DNA of 64,000 nt from a candidate division WOR-3 bacterium (GCA_039804105.1 JBDRZU010000002.1:128001-192000), one strand, 5' to 3'; positions 10,048 through 21,814 are shown, counted from the stretch's first letter. Numbers and translations are program-made. The notes: a model not told the origin generated them from the sequence alone.

Positions 10048-10668
10048 ATGATCTACAGGAAGTTAAAAGAGGTTGCAAAAGAAATATATGTTGGAATAAA
10101 TGTAAAAAATTATCTCGACAAAGCCGAAATTTCACAAAATGATTCAGAAAAAAAGATTATACTTCATATCCCCATAATAAATATCTCCAACCTGACAGAG
10201 GATGGATTCTTTGTAGGTGATTTTAAAAGATTAAAAATTTTTTCCCAAAGAGAGATATTAAAGTATACTGTAAAAGAAAAAGATGTGATTTTTAACTCCC
10301 GTGGTACAACTTTAAAAATTGCAATAGTAGATGAAGAAAGAGCAGGTTACCTTATAACATCAAATATGATCGCTGTCAGTTTAATAGATGAATTTATCAC
10401 TCCTGAAATTTTCGAATTTTATTTAAGAAGTGAAAAGGGTTTCTATGAATTGATGAAATTATCCTTTTCTTCAAAAAATTCTATCAGATTAACTAAGGAA
10501 AGTGTTGAAGAACTCAAAGTACCAATTTTAAAACCTCAGGAGTTAGCCAGTTTATCAGGGTTGTTGAATGATTATAAAATAATAAAAAACATAGCAAAAA
10601 ATATATCTACTGATCTTGATAAAATGGCATATTTTATTATGAAAATATTAAATAAAGATGAAAAATAA
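10048..10668 (+). CDS. Type I RM specificity subunit-like protein, single TRD (half-size HsdS)
   Basis: KLKEVA..IYVG, IPIINISNL, KDVIFNSRGT..KIAIV, PEIFEFYLRS, EELKVPI..QE pattern of the Methylase_S domain. Confidence 0.75.
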   Translation: MIYRKLKEVAKEIYVGINVKNYLDKAEISQNDSEKKIILHIPIINISNLTEDGFFVGDFKRLKIFSQREILKYTVKEKDVIFNSRGTTLKIAIVDEERAGYLITSNMIAVSLIDEFITPEIFEFYLRSEKGFYELMKLSFSSKNSIRLTKESVEELKVPILKPQELASLSGLLNDYKIIKNIAKNISTDLDKMAYFIMKILNKDEK

Positions 10669-12124
10669 AAATTTCGATACTCAAAAATTAAAAATAGAAT
10701 GTCTTAAAAAATATAAAAGAATCCTTAGAAAGGTTAGCAAATCAAGATTTTCACTTTTGTGGAATCTCAATTCAGATTTTTTAAAACTTTTGTTCATAAA
10801 ATATATTTACATGAATGAAGAAAATATCAAAAAATTTATCATTTTAGATGAGGGACTTTCATGGAAAAACCTTTCAGCGATAAAGGAAGATGTGGGAGTA
10901 TTTGTTGATAAAATTTTTGAAAATTTAGTTAAAAATAATGAAAATTTATCAGTTTTTTCCTTGCTTGAAAATTATTCTGAGCAGAAACATCGAAGAATTC
11001 CTATTGATAAAAAGTTTGCATTAAAATCAAGAGAAAAAATTCTAATTTATTTCATTGAAGAGTTAAACAAAGATTCATTTTTAAATCAAAAAAATACATT
11101 TAATATATTTGTTAAGGAGATAATTAACCATCAACAGCATTTTTACTATAAAATAAATGGATTAAAATATAGAGAAAATACTAATGAAGTAGTAAATTAT
11201 TTAAGTAGATATATAGAACAAAAGGTAAAAAATAGAGAAGATTTGTCTTTTTACATTCCCTATTTTAAAAGAGGTGAATTATATTTTGATATAATATTAA
11301 AAGTTGCTAACAAAAAAAGTAGTGTAAAAATTTATTGTAACGATTTTTGGGGTGAAATACCTGCTTTGATAATGCTAAAACTTTTTTTGAATGGTATTTA
11401 CAATGTTGATATCAGGACAAAAAAAGAACCATGGTTTATTGACTTTTTCAAAGATGAAAAGGAAGATTTAAAAAAATATGATATTGTTTTTGCTGATATT
11501 ATTGATGAAAAATATGATATAGATGAAGAACAATATCAAAAATTAAAAGAAAAAATTGAAACAGATTTAAGGTTTTACTTAGATTCAAAAAATATAATAT
11601 ATTCGTTTCTTCTTGACAGTTTAAATGAAAAAGGGGTTCTTATTTTGCTAACAAACTATAACTTTTTAACCGTTTCTGGTAGTAAAAAGGAAGTAAGAAA
11701 ATTTTTAGTTGAAAACAATTTTCTTGATGAGGTTATATCAATATATGGTTTTTTAAAATCACCTGTTGGGTATGATCCGGTTATAGTTCTTGTTGATAAA
11801 AACAGAGAAAAAAACAAAAAAGTGACTTTTGTTGACCTTGAAAGGGTAGTTGCTAAATTGTTACAGAAAAATAAAAATGAAGATAAAAATATTTTGAATG
11901 GAAATATTGATATATTAAAAGATATAGAATATGCAATGGTTCAAAAAAAGAATGAAGATATAAAAGAGAATGATTACAATTTTAATGTATTTAAATATCT
12001 TTCCTATCTACCTCAAGATTACAATGAAGCATTAGAAGAAATTGCCAAAAGGTTAAATGGAACTACAGAGGAATTTCAAAAGAGATTAAATGAATTTTTG
12101 ATCAAAATAAAAAAATTGAGATAA
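10658..12124 (+). CDS. HsdM (N6-adenine methylase)-like protein with degenerate motifs I and IV, predicted catalytically dead
   Basis: HsdM-like segments LLFIKYI, LKLFLNGI, LNEKG.LILL..NFL..SG..KEVRKFLVENNFLDEVISI, IKENDYNFN; motif I reads FYIPYFKRGEL (cf. IYDPACGSGGF) and motif IV reads YDIVFADIID (cf. FD.V.ANPPF). Confidence 0.75.
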   Translation: MKNKNFDTQKLKIECLKKYKRILRKVSKSRFSLLWNLNSDFLKLLFIKYIYMNEENIKKFIILDEGLSWKNLSAIKEDVGVFVDKIFENLVKNNENLSVFSLLENYSEQKHRRIPIDKKFALKSREKILIYFIEELNKDSFLNQKNTFNIFVKEIINHQQHFYYKINGLKYRENTNEVVNYLSRYIEQKVKNREDLSFYIPYFKRGELYFDIILKVANKKSSVKIYCNDFWGEIPALIMLKLFLNGIYNVDIRTKKEPWFIDFFKDEKEDLKKYDIVFADIIDEKYDIDEEQYQKLKEKIETDLRFYLDSKNIIYSFLLDSLNEKGVLILLTNYNFLTVSGSKKEVRKFLVENNFLDEVISIYGFLKSPVGYDPVIVLVDKNREKNKKVTFVDLERVVAKLLQKNKNEDKNILNGNIDILKDIEYAMVQKKNEDIKENDYNFNVFKYLSYLPQDYNEALEEIAKRLNGTTEEFQKRLNEFLIKIKKLR

Positions 12125-12282
12125 ATAAAGGTCCAGTTCATCCACCATATTTTAAAAAAGGTAAAAGATAAACAGTTGAGTGAATGTATTAATATTAATT
12201 TTTAAAGATTATTTTTTATTCCATAGATAGTTAGTTATTTTTTAAATATAAAAAATTCTTTTAGAATATTTTAATATTCATA

Positions 12283-12310
12283 TTGACTTATTTGTATTTT
12301 ATGATATAAT
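12283..12310 (+). promoter_or_regulatory. Putative promoter of the MoxR operon
   Basis: TTGACT-16-TATAAT with TGn extension; SD GGAGG at 12353. Confidence 0.7.
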
Positions 12311-12362
12311 ATTATTGTTTGAAAATTACACTGCATCAGTTATAAACAAAAGGGAGGTTATA

Positions 12363-13763
12363 GTGGAAATGGGAACACATATGACCGTCAAATTTTCGGG
12401 TTTTCTTGAAGAACTTGGAATTTTTGGTTATTCAAGCCTGGAACTACCAATAATAATAACTTTAGCAACTCAAGATCCAATACTTTTCGTAGGAACACAT
12501 GGAACCGCAAAAACGATCCTCTGTAAAAGAATTGCTGAAATGCTTTCCTTAAAATATCATTGCTATGATGCTTCAAAAGCTTTATTCGAAGATATTTTGG
12601 GATTTCCTAATCCAAATACTCTCAAAAAAGGAAAAATTGAGTATATTAGTACCCCGATTTCAATCTGGGATAAAGAATTTATACTTATTGATGAAATATC
12701 TAGAGCAAATTTTCAAACTCAAAGTAAATGGCTCGAGATTATAAGATCAAGGAAGATTATGGGATTGGAAATAAAAAACTTGAAATATATTTTTGCTGCA
12801 ATGAATCCTCAAAACTATATAGGTACATTCGAAATCGACAAAGCACTTTTAGGGAGATTCTCAATGATAATAGAAATACCCGATTTAAAAAATATGGATG
12901 ATAACACAATAAAAAATATTATAACGACAACACATTCGGATGATGCGAGAGGATTTTTGAAAAACAACCCCAAATTTAATAACTTCAATTTTAAAAAGAA
13001 AATAGAAAATACAATAAACAAAATAAAAAATGATTTTTATATCAAAAAATATGATGATATATCAATTAATTTTGTTCAAATCTTAATCAAATTGTTATTG
13101 GAAGAAAACATTGAAATAGATGGTAGACGAGCAGGAATGCTTTTTAGAAATATTCACAGTGCTCTATCTGCATATGATTATGATCGTAAAGATAAAAATG
13201 TTAAGAAAATTTTAAACCAAACAGCCTTAGATACAATATCTTCATTTGATAAAAATGAAAAAGAAAAAATAAAACTCTGTATTAAAAAAAGTTCAGATAT
13301 ATTAATTGATGGAAAAAATAAATATTATTTTTTCAATAAAAAAAATATCTCATCTACATTAAATGAATTTGCTTCAAATTACAACATCCTTCAAAATGAG
13401 GAAAAAGAAGAGTTCTTTTTAAAACTTCTTGAATATTATCAAGAATTGAAAAACGAAAAAGAGTTTGAAAAAATTCTTGAAATTTATGAATTTTCTTTTT
13501 TTCTTGAAAATCTCATGGAAAATGAAGCAACCAACAAAAATGAAAAAATAGTTGAACTTTTAAAAATGGTTCAAAAACCTTTTCTATTTCCGAATCAGAA
13601 AAATTTTATAAGAATTCTTACATTAATTAACCAAAAAGATAATAAGAGAATAAACTACTTCATCATTAATGTTTTAAGTAATTTTGAGTTCCAAAATGAT
13701 AACGATATTATAGAACATTATCATATTGCACAAAAATCTATGGAGGTAAATTATGTTTGTTAA
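12363..13763 (+). CDS. MoxR/RavA-family AAA+ ATPase with a long helical C-terminal extension
   Basis: Walker A GTHGTAKT, Walker B ILIDEISR, AAMNP, Arg finger ALLGRF, DGRR; start GTG 12363 or ATG 12369 after the SD. Confidence 0.85.
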   Translation: MEMGTHMTVKFSGFLEELGIFGYSSLELPIIITLATQDPILFVGTHGTAKTILCKRIAEMLSLKYHCYDASKALFEDILGFPNPNTLKKGKIEYISTPISIWDKEFILIDEISRANFQTQSKWLEIIRSRKIMGLEIKNLKYIFAAMNPQNYIGTFEIDKALLGRFSMIIEIPDLKNMDDNTIKNIITTTHSDDARGFLKNNPKFNNFNFKKKIENTINKIKNDFYIKKYDDISINFVQILIKLLLEENIEIDGRRAGMLFRNIHSALSAYDYDRKDKNVKKILNQTALDTISSFDKNEKEKIKLCIKKSSDILIDGKNKYYFFNKKNISSTLNEFASNYNILQNEEKEEFFLKLLEYYQELKNEKEFEKILEIYEFSFFLENLMENEATNKNEKIVELLKMVQKPFLFPNQKNFIRILTLINQKDNKRINYFIINVLSNFEFQNDNDIIEHYHIAQKSMEVNYVC

Positions 13764-14787
13764 TGCATTTAAACTTTTATATGATTTTAAAGAAAATAAA
13801 ACAAGATTTTTTGAGAAAATAAAAGTTCAATATCCTTTTGTTGAATGTTTCAACAACCTTGAAATGTTTCTTTTTGAAGAAAAAAACAAAATCTTTAAAC
13901 CTTTTATATTGAATCTAACAGATGGTTCAACAAAACACGGGATTTTATCATATTCTTCCATATCTGGTTTAAAAAATTTTTTAAAATCAAAAAATAGCAT
14001 TCACTTCATAGAAAACAAACCTGTAATTTTAAATCAGATTGAAAATGAATCACATTACATGAAAAAATCTTATTTCTTCACAAGAAACAAATTCAAATTA
14101 GAAAAATATGGAATTTTACATAATAAATTTTTTACTAACTACAAAGATGATATCTTTTTTTTAAAAAAAGAATTAATAGATTCTTATAATTATTATAACG
14201 ATTCAGATTATGGTGAATCATTTTCATATAGTTTATTTGAAAAAGATTACAAAGACCAGAAATTAAGATTGTTCAGGACTCTGTTTTTAATTCTTGAACA
14301 AAAAAATGAAAAACCAAAAAAAACTTTCTGTTATAACTTTAAAGATTACTTTTCTGTTTATAATGCTACCGAACTTCCTGAGGAAATACAGGAAGAATTT
14401 GACAATTATGGCTTTTTTGGAAAACCAAACTTTATTGATAATTATTTTAACATGATAAATATTAAAATTAAATATATCGTCAGAATCCCTGAAAAAGAAG
14501 AAATAAACAGATTCCATGAGAATAAAAAAATAATAAAACCTAAACTTGAAAAAAAATTTTATTTTGTATTTTTTGATCCATTTCCACAATATGTTGAAGA
14601 TAAACTCGATGACATAATACCAATAACAGACATTGAACATGCATATTCGATTCTTATACATTCAGGTTCAGGATATTATTTTAACTCAGAGAAAGATCCT
14701 TCTTCTGAACATATTTATGAAAAATTAAGAAAAAATAGCAAATATATATGTCTGGGAGAAGCTATACAATTTCCAAAAAAGATTTAA
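13753..14787 (+). CDS. Hypothetical protein (MoxR operon)
   Basis: 344-aa ORF, SD GGAGG, overlaps the ATPase stop; no confidently recognised motif. Confidence 0.65.
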   Translation: MFVNAFKLLYDFKENKTRFFEKIKVQYPFVECFNNLEMFLFEEKNKIFKPFILNLTDGSTKHGILSYSSISGLKNFLKSKNSIHFIENKPVILNQIENESHYMKKSYFFTRNKFKLEKYGILHNKFFTNYKDDIFFLKKELIDSYNYYNDSDYGESFSYSLFEKDYKDQKLRLFRTLFLILEQKNEKPKKTFCYNFKDYFSVYNATELPEEIQEEFDNYGFFGKPNFIDNYFNMINIKIKYIVRIPEKEEINRFHENKKIIKPKLEKKFYFVFFDPFPQYVEDKLDDIIPITDIEHAYSILIHSGSGYYFNSEKDPSSEHIYEKLRKNSKYICLGEAIQFPKKI

Positions 14788-14796
14788 AGAGGTTTT

Positions 14797-16083
14797 ATGT
14801 CGAATAAAGATATCAAAAAAATATTCTCTGATATTTTAAATGAAAACTTTGAGCAATTTTCTGGTAAAATTACCTTCTTGTTTTCAGATGAAATTTCAAC
14901 AGCATGTGTAAAAAGAAATGAAAATGGTTTTTTGTTATTATTTAATAAGAATTTTATTGAAAAATATGATTTAAGTTTATTTGATATCGAATTTGTATTA
15001 TACCATGAACTTTCACACTTAAAATATGGTGATCTCAATAAAATTTTTTCTACAAATATTACAGAAAAAGAAAAAATTACCATAAATATTGTTCTTGATA
15101 TAATGATAAATTCATTATTAATAAAAAATTTTCATTTTACAAAATATCTTACAATTTTTGAAAAATTATATAACTTATCAAGTTTCCCTACATTTCTACT
15201 TTATCCACCATCTCTATACGATTTTCAAAAAGAAAGAGAAAATTTAAAAAAAGTTTTATTAAAAAATGGTATAGATGAATTTGATTGTGAATTAATTTTT
15301 GATCTATATATAAAAATGTGGGATTTAAAAATTTCAGAAACTGAAGCATTTTACAGTTTAAAAGAATTTATTGAATTTTTTGAGGATCATAATCCGATCT
15401 TTTTGGGTTCCCATGAAAAAAAAGGTTATTCAAACAAACCTATAAATGAAATCATAAATTTTAGATTACAAAAATCAGGTCAAAAAGACAACATTAAAAA
15501 CTTTTATGAATTTTTAAAATTTATAAACACCATGTTATCAGAAGGTCAGAATTTTGCCTCAAAAACAATTGAACAAAATATTTTTTACAATGTAATAGAT
15601 TTTATCACAAGAAAAGATATACTTTTCAATTTCTACAATGTTGAAAGATTACTCTATGAAAATAAAATATACAAAGAAGATTTTACAAAAAAGGATCTTT
15701 CAGTTTATATTGATGTTTCTGGTTCATTTTTAAAAACTTATCCATACATCGTTAAACTGGTTTCACAACTAAAAGGTTTTTATTTTTTAGAACTTTTTCA
15801 GTTCAGTTCAACAATTAAAAAAATTAAATTTAATGACTTTTTAAAAGGCATTGTTACAACAAATAATATGACCAATATCGATGCTGTTTTGAAACATATA
15901 ATCGATAACAACTATAAAAATGCACTTATTATAAGTGATGGTTTAATACATCATCCTTCTAATGATCTTATTTTTAAAATAAAAGAAAAAAATATTCAAA
16001 TATTTTCTATCATTACAAGAAAACAGTCAGAAAATAAAGTTAAACAATTTTCTTATAAATACCTTTTTCTTAAAATAAACTAA
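14797..16083 (+). CDS. DUF2201-type metallopeptidase (HExxH) plus vWA domain protein
   Basis: STAC, HELSHL, NIVLDIMIN; MIDAS YIDVSGS ... T ... IISDG. Confidence 0.8.
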   Translation: MSNKDIKKIFSDILNENFEQFSGKITFLFSDEISTACVKRNENGFLLLFNKNFIEKYDLSLFDIEFVLYHELSHLKYGDLNKIFSTNITEKEKITINIVLDIMINSLLIKNFHFTKYLTIFEKLYNLSSFPTFLLYPPSLYDFQKERENLKKVLLKNGIDEFDCELIFDLYIKMWDLKISETEAFYSLKEFIEFFEDHNPIFLGSHEKKGYSNKPINEIINFRLQKSGQKDNIKNFYEFLKFINTMLSEGQNFASKTIEQNIFYNVIDFITRKDILFNFYNVERLLYENKIYKEDFTKKDLSVYIDVSGSFLKTYPYIVKLVSQLKGFYFLELFQFSSTIKKIKFNDFLKGIVTTNNMTNIDAVLKHIIDNNYKNALIISDGLIHHPSNDLIFKIKEKNIQIFSIITRKQSENKVKQFSYKYLFLKIN

Positions 16084-16094
16084 AAGGAGGAAAA

Positions 16095-16544
16095 ATGAAA
16101 AAAAGTGTATCAAAATTGTCCGATGATAAAAATTTTTCAATTATAATCGACTTAAAAAATATTTTCAAAGAACAAAAAATAAAAATTAAGAAAGAAAAAA
16201 TAAACCATGGAGGAAATATAAAATTTGGATTGAATTCCTGTCAATATACTTTTTACAGTGATACATTTGAAGAAAAAATTTTAAGAGCGATCGAAGGAAT
16301 TTTAATACATGAACCAGTTGATGATAAAATTAAATTTTTGCAGGGAATACCTAAGAAACTTGAAATAAAAGTGGAATATAGCAATTTTCATGACTCATCT
16401 GAGATAAGAATCGAAAAAATTTCACATTTTGCTTTGGTTACACTTGCATATTACCTTTTAAGGGTAATAAAAGTTTTTGAATGTGAGGTTAAAAGTGACA
16501 TGGACCAAGGATACGGCCTTGTTGCTATAGATGAAGCAATTTAA
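16095..16544 (+). CDS. Hypothetical protein
   Basis: 149-aa ORF with strong SD AAGGAGG. Confidence 0.65.
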   Translation: MKKSVSKLSDDKNFSIIIDLKNIFKEQKIKIKKEKINHGGNIKFGLNSCQYTFYSDTFEEKILRAIEGILIHEPVDDKIKFLQGIPKKLEIKVEYSNFHDSSEIRIEKISHFALVTLAYYLLRVIKVFECEVKSDMDQGYGLVAIDEAI

Positions 16545-16556
16545 AAATAAAAAAAA

Positions 16557-16630
16557 CGGGAGCGACGAGACTCGAACTCGCGACCTCTTGCGTGACAGGC
16601 AAGCGTTCTAACCAACTGAACTACGCCCCC
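16557..16630 (-). tRNA. tRNA-Asp(GUC), CCA not encoded
   Basis: Reverse complement GGGGGCGTAGTTCAGTTGGTTAGAACGCTTGCCTGTCACGCAAGAGGTCGCGAGTTCGAGTCTCGTCGCTCCCG forms a cloverleaf; anticodon GTC, discriminator G. Confidence 0.97.
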
Positions 16631-16644
16631 GTTTAAGGGATGTT

Positions 16645-16673
16645 ATAATACCATAGAAATAAAATTTTGTCAA
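16645..16673 (-). promoter_or_regulatory. Putative tRNA promoter
   Basis: TTGACA-17-TATTAT. Confidence 0.7.
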
Positions 16674-16676
16674 TAT

Positions 16677-18931
<2,255 letters not shown>

Positions 18932-18939
18932 AAGATTAA

Positions 18940-18967
18940 ATTATATCACAAATTCAGAGATTATCAA
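18940..18967 (-). promoter_or_regulatory. Putative promoter, leaderless (8 nt to ATG)
   Basis: TTGATA-16-TATAAT with TGn. Confidence 0.6.
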
Positions 18968-18971
18968 CTAT

Positions 18972-19613
18972 TTAAACACCGATTTTTTCACAGTGTTTAT
19001 TTAATACACAAATATCACATTTTGGTCTTACAGGTCTGCACACATTCTGTCCCCATATAACAAGCAATTCGTTGTAAATTATCCAGTATTTTTCAGGCAA
19101 AACTTTCATCAGTTCGATTTCCGTTTCATAAGGATTTTTTGTTTTTATTACTCCAAATCTGTTTGAAATTCTATGAACATGAGTATCAACACATATACTT
19201 TTTTTCCCATAACCTAAAGATAGCACAAGGTTTGCTGTTTTCCTTCCAACACCTTTCAAATTCAAAAGTTGTTCCATATCATCTGGCACTTTTCCACCAT
19301 ATTTATCGATTATTGTTTGAGAAACATTTTTGATCACTTTCGCTTTATTTCTATAGAACCCTGCTTTTTTTATCAGGTTTTCTATCTCACTGTTTTCAAG
19401 TTTCACCATTTTATAAGGTGTATCTGCTACTTTGAAAAGTTTTAAAGATACCTCTTCTGTTATCTTATCTTTGGTTCTCAAAGAGATCAAAGTTGATATC
19501 AGAATTTTATAGGGAGTGCTTTTTTCAAAAAGTTTACCTACAACAGGTTTTTTATACTTTTTTGTTTCCTTTAAAAGAATTTTTAGAATCTTTATAAAAA
19601 CTTTTTTATCCAT
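18972..19613 (-). CDS. nth: Endonuclease III
   Basis: HhH LKGVGRKTAN, VDTHVHRI, 4Fe-4S motif CRPVRPKCDICVLNKHC. Confidence 0.95.
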   Translation of the reverse strand: MDKKVFIKILKILLKETKKYKKPVVGKLFEKSTPYKILISTLISLRTKDKITEEVSLKLFKVADTPYKMVKLENSEIENLIKKAGFYRNKAKVIKNVSQTIIDKYGGKVPDDMEQLLNLKGVGRKTANLVLSLGYGKKSICVDTHVHRISNRFGVIKTKNPYETEIELMKVLPEKYWIIYNELLVIWGQNVCRPVRPKCDICVLNKHCEKIGV

Positions 19614-20494
19614 CAAAACAACAATAAAGTTAAAGCAACATAAACCGATTCAAGAAAATATAAAATTCGATAAAATCTTCTAAAATTTCTCGGGAAATTA
19701 AAATCGATATTTGACTTTAAAATTTTTATAAAGTGATAGAGTTGTAAAAACATTCCAGGTAAAAATGCGATTCCAGTGTAAATTGGGATCACTTTAAAAA
19801 ACGAAATCGTTAAAAAATATAAACAGGATGTAAAAAATATTATAGAGGAAAGTATGAACGATCCTTTAAGACCCAACTTGTGTGCGATTGTGATGACATT
19901 GTTTTCCTTATCCGTTTGATAATCAACATTGTAATGGTTGATATGCCCCGCTATTTCTATAAGTCCAAAAAACAAGGAAAAGAAGATAAGATCAAAAGAA
20001 AAGTAACCTACAATATAGGAACCAAATATTGCAAGAAAAGGCATTGTTAGAAGATCAAGGATAAAAGGGAAAACAATTCCCTTTTTAAACATAACGAGTG
20101 GATGCGTATAGAGAATCCAGCCAAGCATAAGAAAAATGAAATAGATTGTGAAATATGGATTTATAAAGAGAGAAAAGAAGATGTTTGATAAAAAGAAGAA
20201 CGATGAAATATAAAAAAGAAACTTTTTATCAACTCCTTTAAACCTTTCTTCAAATTTCTTTTTTTTGTCTTTCAAATCAAGTTCAAATGTTGCATAGTTG
20301 TTATATGAAAGAACCTGCGATAAAAATGAGAATACAGCGAGAATTCCAAAAAGTGTTTTGAAACTTAACTCAGGAAATCCCAACCTATATGTTGCATAGA
20401 TGAAACCTGCGACAGTTATAAAAAAATGCTGAATGTTTTCGTAAGGTCTTATAGCAAAAAATAAAGACCTTATATGATTTTTAAGAGTTTTCAT
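19613..20494 (-). CDS. UbiA-family prenyltransferase
   Basis: Multi-TM, IRP N-terminus, YT.P..FK, second acidic motif DYQTD....TIA; first acidic motif degenerate. Confidence 0.7.
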   Translation of the reverse strand: MKTLKNHIRSLFFAIRPYENIQHFFITVAGFIYATYRLGFPELSFKTLFGILAVFSFLSQVLSYNNYATFELDLKDKKKKFEERFKGVDKKFLFYISSFFFLSNIFFSLFINPYFTIYFIFLMLGWILYTHPLVMFKKGIVFPFILDLLTMPFLAIFGSYIVGYFSFDLIFFSLFFGLIEIAGHINHYNVDYQTDKENNVITIAHKLGLKGSFILSSIIFFTSCLYFLTISFFKVIPIYTGIAFLPGMFLQLYHFIKILKSNIDFNFPRNFRRFYRILYFLESVYVALTLLLF

Positions 20495-21806
20495 TTTTGA
20501 GTATTCCTTCAGATGCTATTATACCAGATATGGCTGCACCAACTATACCTCTTGATTTGCCAGCACCATCACCTGCAACAAAAATATTTTTTACATTCGT
20601 TTCAAGTGTTTCCGTTGTGTTATAAACAAGTGAATAGAATTTCACCTCAGGTGCATATATTATGTTTTCCTCTTTCAAAATCGTGTTTCCAAAAATTTTA
20701 TTAAGTTTTATCAGTGCTTCTTTCAACTCTTTAATTATCTTGTAAGGATAAGACATCCTTATGTCTCCTGGTGTTACAAGTTTTCCAACATTGAGTGTTG
20801 GTTTAACCCGATCGAACCATCTTGTTTTATCAAAAAATGTTTCCTCTTTGCTTCTTTTCTCATCAAGAAAATCACCAACCCTTTGTATTATTGGCCTACC
20901 ATTTCCAAGAATGTTTGTTGAAATTGCTATCAACCTTCCATAAACAAAAGGATCTGTTAACGGTTCAGTCAAAATTATCGTATCAAGAAGTGCAAAATTT
21001 GTGTTTTCAGTTTTGCTACTTTTTAAAGCATCCCCATTTACAAGAGTGAAATCATCATACCTTTCAAGTGTAACTCTTCCCCCCGGATTTGTACAGAATG
21101 TTCTTAATATGTTTCCATACTTCGACTTTATCTTGAACTTTGGATCATAGATAACATCAGTTATCGGATACGACTCTTTTCTCATTTCAACTCTAATACC
21201 GACATCGATCTTTTTGCCGTTCGAATATGAGATGTTCAGCCTATTCGAGATCTCTCTGAGCCACTTTGAACCACTTCTTCCTGGAGCTAAGATTACATAT
21301 TTCCCTTCAAAACTTTCACTCTTAGATGTTTCAAGGATATAAAGTTTATCTTTAATTTTTACATCAACTATTTCAGTTGAAAGTTTAAACTTTACTCCAT
21401 TTTTTTCAAGAAAATTTCTGAAGTTTTTTATAACATTTTTTGAAAGATCGGTTCCTATATGCTTTTGTACAGCAGGTATAAACTCAACATCGTTTCTTTT
21501 TGCCCTTTCATCCCATTCTTTATAGAGTGTCTCATCATCACCAAAAATCTGGTCTGGTGCCCCAAATTTCAAAAATGTCTTATCGATAAACTCTATATAC
21601 TCTTTCGCTTTATCTTTTGTGATTTTTAACTCATCAAGATCCATTCCGATTTCAGTTGACAGGTTCAATTTACAATCGTTCAACATCCCACCTGAAGGGA
21701 ATGGATTTTTATCTATAACGAGAATCGAATTTTTACCATGATTTACAAGATTTAAGGCAGCAAAAAGACCAGCGGGTCCTGAACCAACAATAATTATCTC
21801 ATACAT
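20481..21806 (-). CDS. FAD-dependent oxidoreductase (uncharacterised FAD-dependent dehydrogenase family)
   Basis: IVGSGPAGLFAA, HIGTD, LAPGRSG, RTFCTNPGG, APEVKFY, AGDGAG.SRGI. Confidence 0.85.
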   Translation of the reverse strand: MYEIIIVGSGPAGLFAALNLVNHGKNSILVIDKNPFPSGGMLNDCKLNLSTEIGMDLDELKITKDKAKEYIEFIDKTFLKFGAPDQIFGDDETLYKEWDERAKRNDVEFIPAVQKHIGTDLSKNVIKNFRNFLEKNGVKFKLSTEIVDVKIKDKLYILETSKSESFEGKYVILAPGRSGSKWLREISNRLNISYSNGKKIDVGIRVEMRKESYPITDVIYDPKFKIKSKYGNILRTFCTNPGGRVTLERYDDFTLVNGDALKSSKTENTNFALLDTIILTEPLTDPFVYGRLIAISTNILGNGRPIIQRVGDFLDEKRSKEETFFDKTRWFDRVKPTLNVGKLVTPGDIRMSYPYKIIKELKEALIKLNKIFGNTILKEENIIYAPEVKFYSLVYNTTETLETNVKNIFVAGDGAGKSRGIVGAAISGIIASEGILKNENS

Positions 21807-21814
21807 AAACAAGG

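Larger units (their letters stand above)
9999..16556 (+). other. Candidate genomic islet at the tRNA-Asp 3' end
   Basis: Six plus-strand accessory genes within a minus-strand neighbourhood, visibly very AT-rich, ending 12 bp from the tRNA 3' end; no integrase or att repeat seen. Confidence 0.5.

Noticed and set aside
10048..12124. Functional Type I restriction-modification system
   Set aside because: No hsdR, and the methylase catalytic motifs are absent
12125..12282. Possible ncRNA or gene remnant between the hsdM-like and moxR genes
   Set aside because: No convincing structure, repeat or ORF seen
10009..12362. ORF-track TTG starts at 10009 and 12315
   Set aside because: They fall inside or immediately after predicted promoters; downstream starts (10048, 12363/12369) fit better
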